Shown here piece after piece: positions 39,431 to 49,500 of a stretch of 64,000 nt of DNA (positions within the stretch are counted from its first letter, which is position 1; each line of letters opens with the position of its first letter). Made by a program: the position numbers and the translations under genes. The notes below the pieces were generated by a model, which was given only the letters and a program-made list of their open reading frames with translations, was not told where the DNA came from and ran no database searches. Source of the DNA: Chlamydia trachomatis (lineage in GTDB: Bacteria; Chlamydiota; Chlamydiia; Chlamydiales; Rhabdochlamydiaceae); NCBI GenBank assembly GCA_945905275.1, contig CAMDPQ010000001.1, forward strand, positions 30 to 64,029, in the 5' to 3' direction.

Positions 39431-40272
39431 TGACAATTAGCACGCCCTCTGTTCTACACGACTTCTTACAATCTCATGGGATGAAGGCTAAAAAACATGC
39501 ATCCCAAAACTTTTTGATCGATGGCAACATTATTCGAAAGATTGTATCTGCCGCCCAAGTGCAAAAGGGGGATGTGGTTCTTGAAATTGGCCCAGGCCCT
39601 GGAGCGCTCACACAAGAAATGCTCCTACGAGGAGCTCAGGTAATAGCTGTAGAAAAAGATCCTCTGTTAGCTAAAGCATTATACCGATTACAGACAGAAG
39701 ATTCGAGACTCCTCGTGATCGAGCAAGACATCTTAGAATTTCCCTTTGAAACGTTTTTTCATGCAAAGCTCTCGAAAGGACAAAAAATCAAAGTAGTCGC
39801 AAACCTACCCTATCACATCACTACACCGATTATTACCTCGCTGTTACCCAAAAACCAGTACATCGAAAGCATGACCCTTATGGTGCAAAAAGAGGTCGCA
39901 CGCCGCTTCGTAGCCTTACGAGGATCTAAAGAGTATAGTAGCTTTACTGTGTACATAGAACATTTCGGACAGGTCAAATACTGTTTTACCGTAGAACCGA
40001 CTTGTTTTTATCCCAAGCCCTCAATCCAATCCGCTATAGTACACTTTACTTTAGAAAATAAACCTATCATCGAAAAGCAAGAAATCTTATTCCCTATGAT
40101 CAGAACAGCATTTTCGAAACGTCGCAAAATGCTGAAAAGCTCATTAAAAGAGTTATACCCCTCTGCAGAGATTGAAAAGGCTCTGGAGCACATTGGTTTG
40201 AATCCTCTTGCAAGACCAGAAGAGCTATCTCGGGATCATTTTATAGCACTCCACCAGAAACTCATTGAATGA
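39430..40272 (+). CDS. rsmA: 16S rRNA (adenine1518/1519-N6) dimethyltransferase
   Basis: QNFLIDGNIIRKI...VLEIGPGPGALT...VVANLPYHITTPI. Confidence 0.96.
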   Translation: MTISTPSVLHDFLQSHGMKAKKHASQNFLIDGNIIRKIVSAAQVQKGDVVLEIGPGPGALTQEMLLRGAQVIAVEKDPLLAKALYRLQTEDSRLLVIEQDILEFPFETFFHAKLSKGQKIKVVANLPYHITTPIITSLLPKNQYIESMTLMVQKEVARRFVALRGSKEYSSFTVYIEHFGQVKYCFTVEPTCFYPKPSIQSAIVHFTLENKPIIEKQEILFPMIRTAFSKRRKMLKSSLKELYPSAEIEKALEHIGLNPLARPEELSRDHFIALHQKLIE

Positions 40273-41638
40273 TTCTTTTATTCGATCTAAAAATCACATA
40301 CGTAGATAGAATCATCGCAAACCCTAATATGCCACCTAGATAGCTCTTATTCTGCTGAACATAGAGCATCATATGACGACCCCATCTACCAACACAGTAA
40401 GAGATAGTAGGCTCAACCGAATCCTTGGCTAAAACAGGTTCGGTAAGCACCAAATCACCCTGCGCATTCGCCACCTGGATTTCACCTACTCGATCCCCCT
40501 TTTTAATAGGAAGCTCTATGACATCCCAACAGCATTTAGCTGACAGGCTAGATTCTTCTGATGGATAATATTCGATACTTACATCGCGAGAAAGAACTCC
40601 TTCCAGACGAGAACTGGCCCCATCTAACACGCGACTAAAGGAATCATATTCTTGAGATAACAACTTCCTCTCCACCTTCACCTCTTGAAAAGCGGCTTCA
40701 AACAGGCCAATACAAGATCGATATCTTTGACTACTATCCTCACAATTCAAAACCACAGCAATGACTCTCCTATCCCCTTTTTGAGCTGCTGCTACAATAT
40801 TACTGCCCGCTGCCACGGTATACCCCGTTTTAATACCCATTGCATAAGGGTAGAAAAACTTACCTGATTTTAAAAGGGCATTCGACTGAATAAGTACAGA
40901 TTGCTCCTGGACATTCGTTTTTGGGCGTAAATACCTTGTTGTTTTCACGACCTCACAAAAAAAAGCATTGCGCATGGCAACATGCGCAATGCGTGCTAAG
41001 TCATACGCTGTTGTAAGATGCTCTGAATCCGGGAGTCCGTGAGGGTTTTGAAAATGTGTATTTAGACAACCAATACTCTGTAAATAGACATTCATCCCTT
41101 CCATAAACTTAGGAACAGAACCAGATACATACTCTGCGATAGCATTTGCGGCATCATTGCCAGAGCATACGAGTAACCCATGAAGTAAAGAGTTAAAAGA
41201 GATCTGTTCCCCAGTCCTTAAGCTCATATGAGACCCGCCAAACTCCAATCGATAAGAAGGATGCTTGCCCCCTCGACGAATAGCTGGCGAAACAGCAGAG
41301 ACAGCATTAGAAGAGATTTGAACGAGATCATCGAGCCTATCTCCTTTCAGATACAGACTATATAACGCTGTGGCTATTTTTGTTGTACTTGCAGGAAACG
41401 TGGGTATTCGTGCCTGTTTTTCATAAAGGACCTGTCCCGTATCTGCATTAATTAAAATCGCAGAGGGCGCTAAGACTTCACATCGCAGAGGCTTTCCTAA
41501 TACGGAAAATGGAATTCCGACAAACACTATCATTAAGGCAACGAGGCCATTATTTTTCAGTCTACTATGTAACATAAGCCTACAAATGTAATAAGTAGGA
41601 GGACATCCCCTGCTTTGCATGTGAGAAGTATATAGCAT
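40262..41638 (-). CDS. D-alanyl-D-alanine carboxypeptidase (low-MW PBP, PBP5/6 family)
   Basis: SxxK (PASTTKIAT), SxN (CSGNDAANA) and KTG (IKTGYT) motifs in the correct order, plus a C-terminal TM anchor. The true start is likely internal. Confidence 0.9.
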   Translation of the reverse strand: MLYTSHMQSRGCPPTYYICRLMLHSRLKNNGLVALMIVFVGIPFSVLGKPLRCEVLAPSAILINADTGQVLYEKQARIPTFPASTTKIATALYSLYLKGDRLDDLVQISSNAVSAVSPAIRRGGKHPSYRLEFGGSHMSLRTGEQISFNSLLHGLLVCSGNDAANAIAEYVSGSVPKFMEGMNVYLQSIGCLNTHFQNPHGLPDSEHLTTAYDLARIAHVAMRNAFFCEVVKTTRYLRPKTNVQEQSVLIQSNALLKSGKFFYPYAMGIKTGYTVAAGSNIVAAAQKGDRRVIAVVLNCEDSSQRYRSCIGLFEAAFQEVKVERKLLSQEYDSFSRVLDGASSRLEGVLSRDVSIEYYPSEESSLSAKCCWDVIELPIKKGDRVGEIQVANAQGDLVLTEPVLAKDSVEPTISYCVGRWGRHMMLYVQQNKSYLGGILGFAMILSTYVIFRSNKRIIQ

Positions 41639-41765
41639 ATTCAGAATATCTTTGAAAAAAAAGAGAAAGTTATCAATGGTAATCTTATGATGCGGACTAT
41701 CGAAGTATCATGCTATTCCAAGCTAGAAAAGAGTTATGGCTTTAAGATAAAGAAGGACTGCGCAA

Positions 41766-42197
41766 ATGATTAATCCCAATATGCTAGATGCGGCATTCAC
41801 AGAGTTTACGCAGAATTTTTCTAAATGGCTGCCCGATGGGGTGATTCAGATCAATCTACAAGTACTCCATGAACTAGGACTACTGACCTCTTTTTCTTTA
41901 GATAAAGCCACTGCGGATAATTTATCTCAACACTTCCATGTAATCGAAACCGACGATAAAGTTACCTTATATAACGAACAATTTGCGGTGTGGATTGTTC
42001 CTCAGAATACCCAAGAGGGATCAAGTACAACAGCCATGATTGCCTTACTACAAAATCATAAACCCCATCTAGAAATTGTCTATACTACATCCGGAGTATA
42101 TAACACCCCAAGATACATTCTTAAAATCCTTCAACACTTCCTGACAGAAGTACTTGATAACGAAGCCATCATCTCTTCTATCGGAAAGAAGTCATAG
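41766..42197 (+). CDS. Hypothetical small acidic protein
   Basis: 143 aa with protein-like composition and no motif I recognise. Confidence 0.5.
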   Translation: MINPNMLDAAFTEFTQNFSKWLPDGVIQINLQVLHELGLLTSFSLDKATADNLSQHFHVIETDDKVTLYNEQFAVWIVPQNTQEGSSTTAMIALLQNHKPHLEIVYTTSGVYNTPRYILKILQHFLTEVLDNEAIISSIGKKS

Positions 42198-42201
42198 GTT
42201 A

Positions 42202-42843
42202 TTATTTAAAAATCTGATAAGAGATTACATCAACAATACGATCAGACAATTTCTGATAGATCAATACAGAAGCATCATCATGCGCTCCCTCGACTGTATT
42301 TAATTGACCATACGAATACTGGATAGTTGGGATCATGCCGTTGGATGTGTGGGTATTTAGATCCCTGGGAGAGCCGTAATCTACATAATCATAATCTACA
42401 AAAGCCTTTATCGGAAGTGGGCCTAATACAATGCCCGCTGAATGGGCATCATATACAGTAACCTGAGCTATGATATAGCGCCTATTTTCAATACCTAATA
42501 CATTAGGCTTACGGGATCCTGTAACATCATCGCGATCATATCGATAGCCAATACGATCGTTTGTATCAGATAACAAGACTACCTCTACGGTAAAATCTCC
42601 GCCAGACTGTAGACAATGAAAGCGCCCTGATTGCGCAAGACTTGAGGCTAGCGCATTATTAAATAATGCGGAGGGATCCCCTTGAATGTACGGTATGCTA
42701 ATAGAAATTTTTTCCCCTTCATAAGTAGAAGGGGAAAATTGATACCCACAAGAAAAGAGTAAGAGAGCACAAATCCACCCAAGAATACAAGTCTTATTCA
42801 CTGTCCGACTCAGAAGACAAAATAGGGTGTTGTATAAGATCAT
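42202..42843 (-). CDS. Lipoprotein, LptE-like
   Basis: Lipobox LLLFSC followed by GYQF, compared with LptE CGF/YxLRG. An in-frame GTG at 42801 gives a clean signal peptide (M)NKTCILGWICALLLFSC and an 8-nt overlap with the upstream stop, so it is probably the real start. Confidence 0.5.
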   Translation of the reverse strand: MILYNTLFCLLSRTVNKTCILGWICALLLFSCGYQFSPSTYEGEKISISIPYIQGDPSALFNNALASSLAQSGRFHCLQSGGDFTVEVVLLSDTNDRIGYRYDRDDVTGSRKPNVLGIENRRYIIAQVTVYDAHSAGIVLGPLPIKAFVDYDYVDYGSPRDLNTHTSNGMIPTIQYSYGQLNTVEGAHDDASVLIYQKLSDRIVDVISYQIFK

Positions 42844-43855
42844 CGGCTTTTACGATATCCTCAGATAAACTGGGCAGGTTTCGTAAATCTCTATATGGTT
42901 TACTATACTTTTTTTCCAAATAATTCAGGCGCCCATCTGAATGATTGGCAATTAAAGTGTAAGGGTATTTAGAAATAATTTTGTTATAGTAAATAGCTGA
43001 GGCATGTGGTTTTTTAGCTCGCTCATAGTATTGAGCAGTCTGATATAAATTTTCCGCATAGATTTCATGCATTGCAGCCAGCATATTTTCAGCAATCGCT
43101 AAGCGAGGCTCTTTCGAAAACTCTGCTCCAAATTTGCTTAAATTAATTTCCGCTAGGTCTAAAAAATCAGGATCAGCATATTCTTTTTGGCATTGTTCTA
43201 GGTATGCCTTACCCACACCGATATAACTTTCACAAGCCAGAGGATGCTTTCCAAATTTCCTGATAATCATTTGAAAGGATTCAATACTGGATTGGAACTC
43301 TTGATCCTCTAAAAGTAACAAAGCCTTTCCGTATAAAGATTGAATACCGAGCTCATGATGGGGTAAAGCCGCTGCGACTTCCTCAAAAATCACAATAGCA
43401 TCTTCTTTTGCTGGCATCCATCTAGGCAAACTCTCGATCCCGAATAGATGTTTTCTATCCCCTTTTTGATATCTTTCTGCAATGAAAAACTTATAGCGTA
43501 ACGCTTCTTCAAAAAACTTGGAAGACGATTGGATTTTTAAATATTTCCCAAACATCTTATTGGCGACATCTAGCTCTCCTAGATGAAATAAACCGACGCC
43601 CAAATAATATTGAGCTTCTTCAGCAAAAGGGGAATCCGGGAAGTTTTTTAAAATAATATTCGATTGCACTGTAAGTTCCTGCCAATTCTTATCCTGCATC
43701 GCTATAAGAACTAGACTATAATGCTCTTGTATCGATAAAGTCGCGACCTCATTCGTAGCGATTAATTTACCATCTTTAATAGTATAAGCCGCTTGCGAGG
43801 GGAGCGTAAAAAAAACAAAAGCAGCTATTACTGCAAAAAAGGGGGTAAATCTCAT
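42794..43855 (-). CDS. TPR-repeat periplasmic protein (BamD/YfiO-like)
   Basis: Signal peptide MRFTPFFAVIAAFVFFTLPSQA and repeated TPR-like helices with A/Y/L periodicity. It lies adjacent to an LptE-like lipoprotein gene. Confidence 0.45.
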   Translation of the reverse strand: MRFTPFFAVIAAFVFFTLPSQAAYTIKDGKLIATNEVATLSIQEHYSLVLIAMQDKNWQELTVQSNIILKNFPDSPFAEEAQYYLGVGLFHLGELDVANKMFGKYLKIQSSSKFFEEALRYKFFIAERYQKGDRKHLFGIESLPRWMPAKEDAIVIFEEVAAALPHHELGIQSLYGKALLLLEDQEFQSSIESFQMIIRKFGKHPLACESYIGVGKAYLEQCQKEYADPDFLDLAEINLSKFGAEFSKEPRLAIAENMLAAMHEIYAENLYQTAQYYERAKKPHASAIYYNKIISKYPYTLIANHSDGRLNYLEKKYSKPYRDLRNLPSLSEDIVKADDLIQHPILSSESDSE

Positions 43856-43910
43856 ATGTCTCCTTATTTTTAGGATTATAAGTTAATGGAACTAGAAAAA
43901 ATAAGTCAAC

Positions 43911-46900
43911 TCACTTAGATTCAAAACCTAGATAGCGCACAGATATCACCCGTTTAATCTGTTCTTCGAGCTGTGGAGTAGGTAAAACCCCCCAGTTCTC
44001 TTGAATGCGAACACTGCCTAAAGACTGACTTTGGGACATAAATTCTATACGGACAGGGGTACCTCCCGAGGCAGCCCGAAACAGCTGCTTTAACTGTAGA
44101 ATATGACTATGTCGCACGGCATCAGCATCGACTTGCAAATGCAAACAATCGGAACGTACTTTCTCTTTCTGAGGCTTTTCCATAAGCTTTGCATCCGTTT
44201 TAGACTTTGGATTCTTTTCTCTAAATTCACTTAACTTGAGATACATCCGCGCTTTTTCATAGGCTTGATCACAGGATGCCACACTCGCTGCATCTACTTT
44301 AGTCAAATCACTGAGCCATTTACACTGTAATTTAGTTTCGCCAGATTCTTTATCTAGCTGCAACAAAGCATATACCATTTGATTTTCAAATAAAAGAGAA
44401 TGCTTCTCTTCATACATCTCGGGCCACACAGGTAATTCAAAGCGCTCTAACCCATCACTGATAGTAAGTATGGCAAATTTCTTTTGCGATTTAGCCGATA
44501 TTTTTACTGATACAGACTCGATGATAAATGCTGCCCTACACAGAGCATTTTTATCGAGGTTGCCAAAATCTGACAAAGGGCAACAGGAAAGTCGCTGGAG
44601 GATCCCTTTATAATCATCGAGAGGATGCCCTTGGAGATAAAATCCCAGAAGCTCATATTCCCTTTTTAAGATCTCTTGCTTAGTTTTATCCACCTTGACT
44701 TTTGGAGGAACTTTAAATTGTGCTTCTTTATCCTCATCAATCAACGAAAAGAAGTCGATAATCCCTTTTAACGCTTCTTTTTGTTCTCTTGCAGCGACAA
44801 CAAACATCCCATCTACACTCTCAAATAGAGCCTGTCGCGACCAGCATGTAAAATCAAAAGCACCAACTTCAATTAAAGATTCGATGACTTTTTTCCCGAC
44901 TTTTTTCGTCTCTATTCTACGAATAAAATCGTATAGAGAGGTAAATACCCCTCTTGTCTGACGCTCTTGTAAAATAGCATCTACGACCCCTTCCCCTATC
45001 CCCTTAATTCCTGCCATGGCAAACCGTATCCCAATGGCCGTAGCTACAAATTCTTTTGAGGATTCATTCACATCAGGAGGCAGGATTGGTATGCCCATAT
45101 TCTGAGCTTCACGAATATTTTTAGCGACTTTTGCAATGTCATCGCTATCAGATGTCATTAAAGCGGCCATCCATTCTTTTGGATAATTTGCTTTAAAATA
45201 CGCTGTTGCATAGGTTAAATAGCCGTATGCCGCAGCATGTGATTTATTAAATCCATACGAGGCAAACTTCTCAATTTTATCAAAAATATGCATAGACAGC
45301 CTATCCTGGATCCCATTCTGAAGAGCTCCGTGCCTAAACTTCTCTCGCTGGCGGGCCATTTCCTCCTTATCCTTTTTACCCATGGCACGTCTAAGTACAT
45401 CCCCTTCCCCCAAACTATAATTAGCAAGCCGGCTGGCGATCTGCATCACCTGCTCTTGATAGACCATAATCCCATATGTCTCAGCTAAGATATCCTCCAT
45501 CAGAGGATGATCTATATCGATAGGCTCCTTACCATGTTTACGATTGCAAAACGAGGGTATCATCTCCATAGGACCTGGACGGTAAAGGGCTCCAACGGCA
45601 ATAATCTCTTCAAATTTATCGATATGCAGCTGTTTAGCAAGCTCTTGCATTCCTCCCGATTCTACCTGAAAAACTCCAAGCGTCTTCCCTTGTGTCAAGA
45701 GGTGAAAGGTATTGGTATTATCCAGTGGTAAATTGACCCAGTCGATGTCTCGTCCCGTGCTGACTTTGATCGCATTGACAGCACACTGAATAGAGGTCAA
45801 TGTTTTAAGGCCTAAAAAATCGATTTTTAACATTCCTACAGCTTCGACAGGCTTCATAGAAAACTGTGTTACAGCGATATCAGAATCCTTGGACATACAA
45901 AGGGGGATATGATCCATTAAAGGGTCCCCTCCTATAATGAGTCCTGCTGCATGAATCCCCGTATTGCGTACCGAACCTTCTAATTTTAAAGCGAGGTTTA
46001 TTAGGTTTTGCGTTTCTACATCTGTTTCATACTGTTTTTTAAGATCAGGATCTATTTCTAATGCCTTCTCGAGAGTCATGTTTGGATCTTCCGGAACTAA
46101 TTTCGCAATCGCATTGACTTTTGCAAGAGGAACACTAAGTACGCGACCTACATCTTTAATAGCCATGCGAGCTTTCATGGTTCCAAAGGTAATGATCTGG
46201 GCCACTCTTTCCTTACCATACTTCTGGACAGTATAATCAATTACTTCTTGCCTTCGCTCCATACAGATATCCACATCGATATCTGGATAAGAAATTCGTT
46301 CTGGATTGATAAACCTCTCAAAGAATAAATGAAACCTCAGCGGTTCAATTTCTGTAATCCCAATTAGATACAGAATAATCGATCCCGCACCAGAACCTCT
46401 ACCAGGACCGACAGGAATCCCTTGCTTTTTTGCCCATGAAATAAAATCATAGACAATCAGTAAATAGTCACACATCCCCTTAGATATAATAACATCCAAC
46501 TCATAAGAGAGTCTATTGCGGACGACATCTATAGGATTCTTATCAGGATACTTCTCTCCCACTTTTTCCAATTGAAACGAGGCGTAACGAGTTGCAATCC
46601 CTTCTTCACAAAGAGAGACTAAAAACTGCTCCGCTGCCTTTTCTCTTTCTAAAGAAGAAAGGCTTTTATTATCTGTATCAGGAGGGAAGAAGACGGGATA
46701 ATATTTCGCTTTAAAATCAAAAGCAAACGAGCACTTAGCAGCGATCTCCACACTAGCATGTACTGCTTGAGGGATATCGGCAAACAGTTGCTCCATTTGA
46801 GACGGGCTTTTAAAATAAAACTCATGAGACAAAGCTACATCTCTTTTGGGGTTTAGTACCCGGGCTTTTGGATTGCCATTAGAATCTCGCTCCCAAATTT

Positions 46901-47660
46901 CGCAAGGTTCTCCAGACTGCACATTCAAAAGAATTTGATGGGCACGCCAGTCACTTTGATCGATATAATGAATATCATTTGTCGCAACACAGGGGATACT
47001 GAGCTCTTGAGATAAACTGATTAACTTTTGATTGGCCTTTTCTTGGTGAGTAACGAACTCTATATGCTTTTGGTATAACCAAGGCTCATCCATTATCTTA
47101 TCTTGAAGGATCCGATCCTCAGTCATCACATGGCGTTGGAGCTCAAAAAAATAGTCTTCTTGAAAAAGTTCTTTAAACCAATGAACTTCCTCTAAGAGCT
47201 CTTTTTCTCTTTCGGCAATAATATGCGACCCAAGAAAGCCAGTAACAGGCCCAGATAGACAAATCAAACCCTCACTATGCTGTTGAAGTAGTCCCCTATC
47301 GATTCTCGGCGTATAGTAAAACCCCTCCATATGCGCTAGAGAGCTTAGCTTACACAGATTCTGGTAACCTATCTTATTTTTTGCTAAAAGAATAATAGGA
47401 TATCCGGCCGAAAGACCAGGGAATCGTTTTTTGTCGAAACGGGAAAATGGAGCGATGTAAAGCTCACAACCAATAATGGGCTTGATCTCGGCATAGCTGC
47501 ATGCTTTATAGAAATCGACTGCAGCATACATATTCCCTTGATCCGTAATCGCTAGATGGGTGAGAGAATATTCAGTCGCTTTTTTCACTAAAGAGTTAAT
47601 AGACGCAGTCGAATCTAGAATCGAATACTGTGAATGCACATGTAAGGGGACCCAGCCCAT
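43911..47660 (-). CDS. dnaE: DNA polymerase III subunit alpha
   Basis: 1249 aa with PHP domain HVHSQYSILDS, polymerase core (IDFLGLKTL, YRPGPM) and a C-terminal OB-fold region. Confidence 0.97.
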   Translation of the reverse strand: MGWVPLHVHSQYSILDSTASINSLVKKATEYSLTHLAITDQGNMYAAVDFYKACSYAEIKPIIGCELYIAPFSRFDKKRFPGLSAGYPIILLAKNKIGYQNLCKLSSLAHMEGFYYTPRIDRGLLQQHSEGLICLSGPVTGFLGSHIIAEREKELLEEVHWFKELFQEDYFFELQRHVMTEDRILQDKIMDEPWLYQKHIEFVTHQEKANQKLISLSQELSIPCVATNDIHYIDQSDWRAHQILLNVQSGEPCEIWERDSNGNPKARVLNPKRDVALSHEFYFKSPSQMEQLFADIPQAVHASVEIAAKCSFAFDFKAKYYPVFFPPDTDNKSLSSLEREKAAEQFLVSLCEEGIATRYASFQLEKVGEKYPDKNPIDVVRNRLSYELDVIISKGMCDYLLIVYDFISWAKKQGIPVGPGRGSGAGSIILYLIGITEIEPLRFHLFFERFINPERISYPDIDVDICMERRQEVIDYTVQKYGKERVAQIITFGTMKARMAIKDVGRVLSVPLAKVNAIAKLVPEDPNMTLEKALEIDPDLKKQYETDVETQNLINLALKLEGSVRNTGIHAAGLIIGGDPLMDHIPLCMSKDSDIAVTQFSMKPVEAVGMLKIDFLGLKTLTSIQCAVNAIKVSTGRDIDWVNLPLDNTNTFHLLTQGKTLGVFQVESGGMQELAKQLHIDKFEEIIAVGALYRPGPMEMIPSFCNRKHGKEPIDIDHPLMEDILAETYGIMVYQEQVMQIASRLANYSLGEGDVLRRAMGKKDKEEMARQREKFRHGALQNGIQDRLSMHIFDKIEKFASYGFNKSHAAAYGYLTYATAYFKANYPKEWMAALMTSDSDDIAKVAKNIREAQNMGIPILPPDVNESSKEFVATAIGIRFAMAGIKGIGEGVVDAILQERQTRGVFTSLYDFIRRIETKKVGKKVIESLIEVGAFDFTCWSRQALFESVDGMFVVAAREQKEALKGIIDFFSLIDEDKEAQFKVPPKVKVDKTKQEILKREYELLGFYLQGHPLDDYKGILQRLSCCPLSDFGNLDKNALCRAAFIIESVSVKISAKSQKKFAILTISDGLERFELPVWPEMYEEKHSLLFENQMVYALLQLDKESGETKLQCKWLSDLTKVDAASVASCDQAYEKARMYLKLSEFREKNPKSKTDAKLMEKPQKEKVRSDCLHLQVDADAVRHSHILQLKQLFRAASGGTPVRIEFMSQSQSLGSVRIQENWGVLPTPQLEEQIKRVISVRYLGFESK

Positions 47661-47748
47661 AGAAGAACCTATTCATTAAAAAGTACGGCTTATGATAAGG
47701 AAGGGTAGTTAAAAGGGAAGGATTTCCTGACACCCCCTTTTCTAAAAT

Positions 47749-49182
47749 TTAGACTTCTACTTCTTTTTTTTCGCCTACAGGATCTGGCTGTGTCGCCTGC
47801 GCATTAGGGATGTATTTAGGATTCGATCTCACATTCCATAAAGGGATCAATAAAAGCACAGAGATCAATCCGCATAGGGCAAGGATAATGAAAAAACCAT
47901 GCCAACCCCACTCCTGGGTTATTTTACCTAAAGGGTAACCAGCAGTTGCAGCACCTATATAGGCAACCCATCCAACAAATCCCGTGGCTGTACCAGCGGC
48001 TTTTTTATGAGATAATTCAGCCGGTGCCATACCAATCAACATCTGGGGACCGAAAATAAAAAAACCAACAAGAAACATCAAAGTGGAATCTAATAGCATT
48101 AGTCCATTAGGGGAAAACCATAATCCAAGAAGGACAAAGACCACAGCAAAGCTAAAGAAAACACAAATAGGGACTCTTCTTCCTTTAAACACTTTATCAG
48201 ATGCCCAGCCCGCAATTAAACTACCAAAAATACCACCGACTTCAAACCAACAAACACAGGCTCCTGCCGCAAGCAAAGAATACCCCTTCGTTTCAACCAG
48301 AAACAAAACGCTCCAGTCATTAATGGCAGTACGGATAATGTAAATAAAAAAGTAAGAAATCGCCAGAACCCAGATAAACTTATTGTTTAATACGTAGCTA
48401 AACAAAATCTCTTTAACGGACAGTTCTTTTTCCTGTGTAGAGCCAGGGGCTATATCGGGATAGTCATCCTTATACCTTTCTATAGGAGGAAGCCCTAAAG
48501 ATTGGGGGGTATCACGTAGTCGATTCATTAAGAAAAAACCGACAACTATACACATACCACCAGGGATATACATGGCAAAACGCCATCCCCACAGTTGAGC
48601 ACAAAAAGCAGCAATTAGAGGGATAAGAGCGCCTCCAACGCTATGAGAGGTATTCCAAACTCCCCACCAAGTTCCCCTTTCCTTTTGAGAATACCAATGG
48701 GTGAGCAGTCGGGCGCATGGGGGCCATCCCCAACCCTGAAACACTCCATTTAACCCCCAAAATACAGCAAAGAAAAAGATGGAAGAAGTTAAACCAAAAC
48801 AGATATTAAATAGCCCCGTAAGGATTAATCCGAAAGCCATAAAAAAGCGAGGATTAGATCGGTCGCCTAAGATCCCGCTTAAGAATTTGCTCAACCCATA
48901 AGCAATCGAAAGAATGCTTGCTAAGATACCGAGCTGTCCCTTATCAAACCCAAGATCTTGCATCAGGGCCGGCATGGCAAAAGTAAAGCTTTTTCGTGTA
49001 AAGTAATAAAAGACGTACCCTATATACATACCATAAAAAACACGAAACCGCCAATAGCGATACTGCTTTTTTATGACCTCAGGATCTGCTATCTCCGTTC
49101 TATGAGGGACCGGCTTTAAGAAGTCTAAAACACCCACATTTACTCTCCATATTTCCCACAGATTATAAAACATCAGGGGCAT
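47749..49182 (-). CDS. uhpC: MFS organophosphate:phosphate antiporter, UhpC-type hexose-phosphate transporter
   Basis: YRYWRFRVFYGMYIGYVFYYFTRKSF, 12 TM segments, and the DRSNPR and GxxxDK motifs. It lies next to dnaE and hisS, as in Chlamydia. Confidence 0.88.
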   Translation of the reverse strand: MPLMFYNLWEIWRVNVGVLDFLKPVPHRTEIADPEVIKKQYRYWRFRVFYGMYIGYVFYYFTRKSFTFAMPALMQDLGFDKGQLGILASILSIAYGLSKFLSGILGDRSNPRFFMAFGLILTGLFNICFGLTSSIFFFAVFWGLNGVFQGWGWPPCARLLTHWYSQKERGTWWGVWNTSHSVGGALIPLIAAFCAQLWGWRFAMYIPGGMCIVVGFFLMNRLRDTPQSLGLPPIERYKDDYPDIAPGSTQEKELSVKEILFSYVLNNKFIWVLAISYFFIYIIRTAINDWSVLFLVETKGYSLLAAGACVCWFEVGGIFGSLIAGWASDKVFKGRRVPICVFFSFAVVFVLLGLWFSPNGLMLLDSTLMFLVGFFIFGPQMLIGMAPAELSHKKAAGTATGFVGWVAYIGAATAGYPLGKITQEWGWHGFFIILALCGLISVLLLIPLWNVRSNPKYIPNAQATQPDPVGEKKEVEV

Positions 49183-49500
49183 TAAAAAGAAACATTATCA
49201 GATCGAATCCATTTTTTACGTTTAAAACCATTTTTTGATAACAAAGACGCATGCCCTCTTCGAAAATCAATCAAACATAACTGGTTAACAATCAAATGCT
49301 TTTTCATTAATCCAACCTTTTAGTAAGGATCCTTATTGTAAAATAAGGACTTTACAAGTCGGCGCCGGGATCACCCGTAACAACAAAGCTCTAGTTTTAG
49401 ATATAAAGAAAAATACTAGTTTTTTCCAATTTAATTCCTTTACTCATTTGATATAGAGACTTATATTTTACTACAAAAAACAGCAGATCCGGACCCACTT

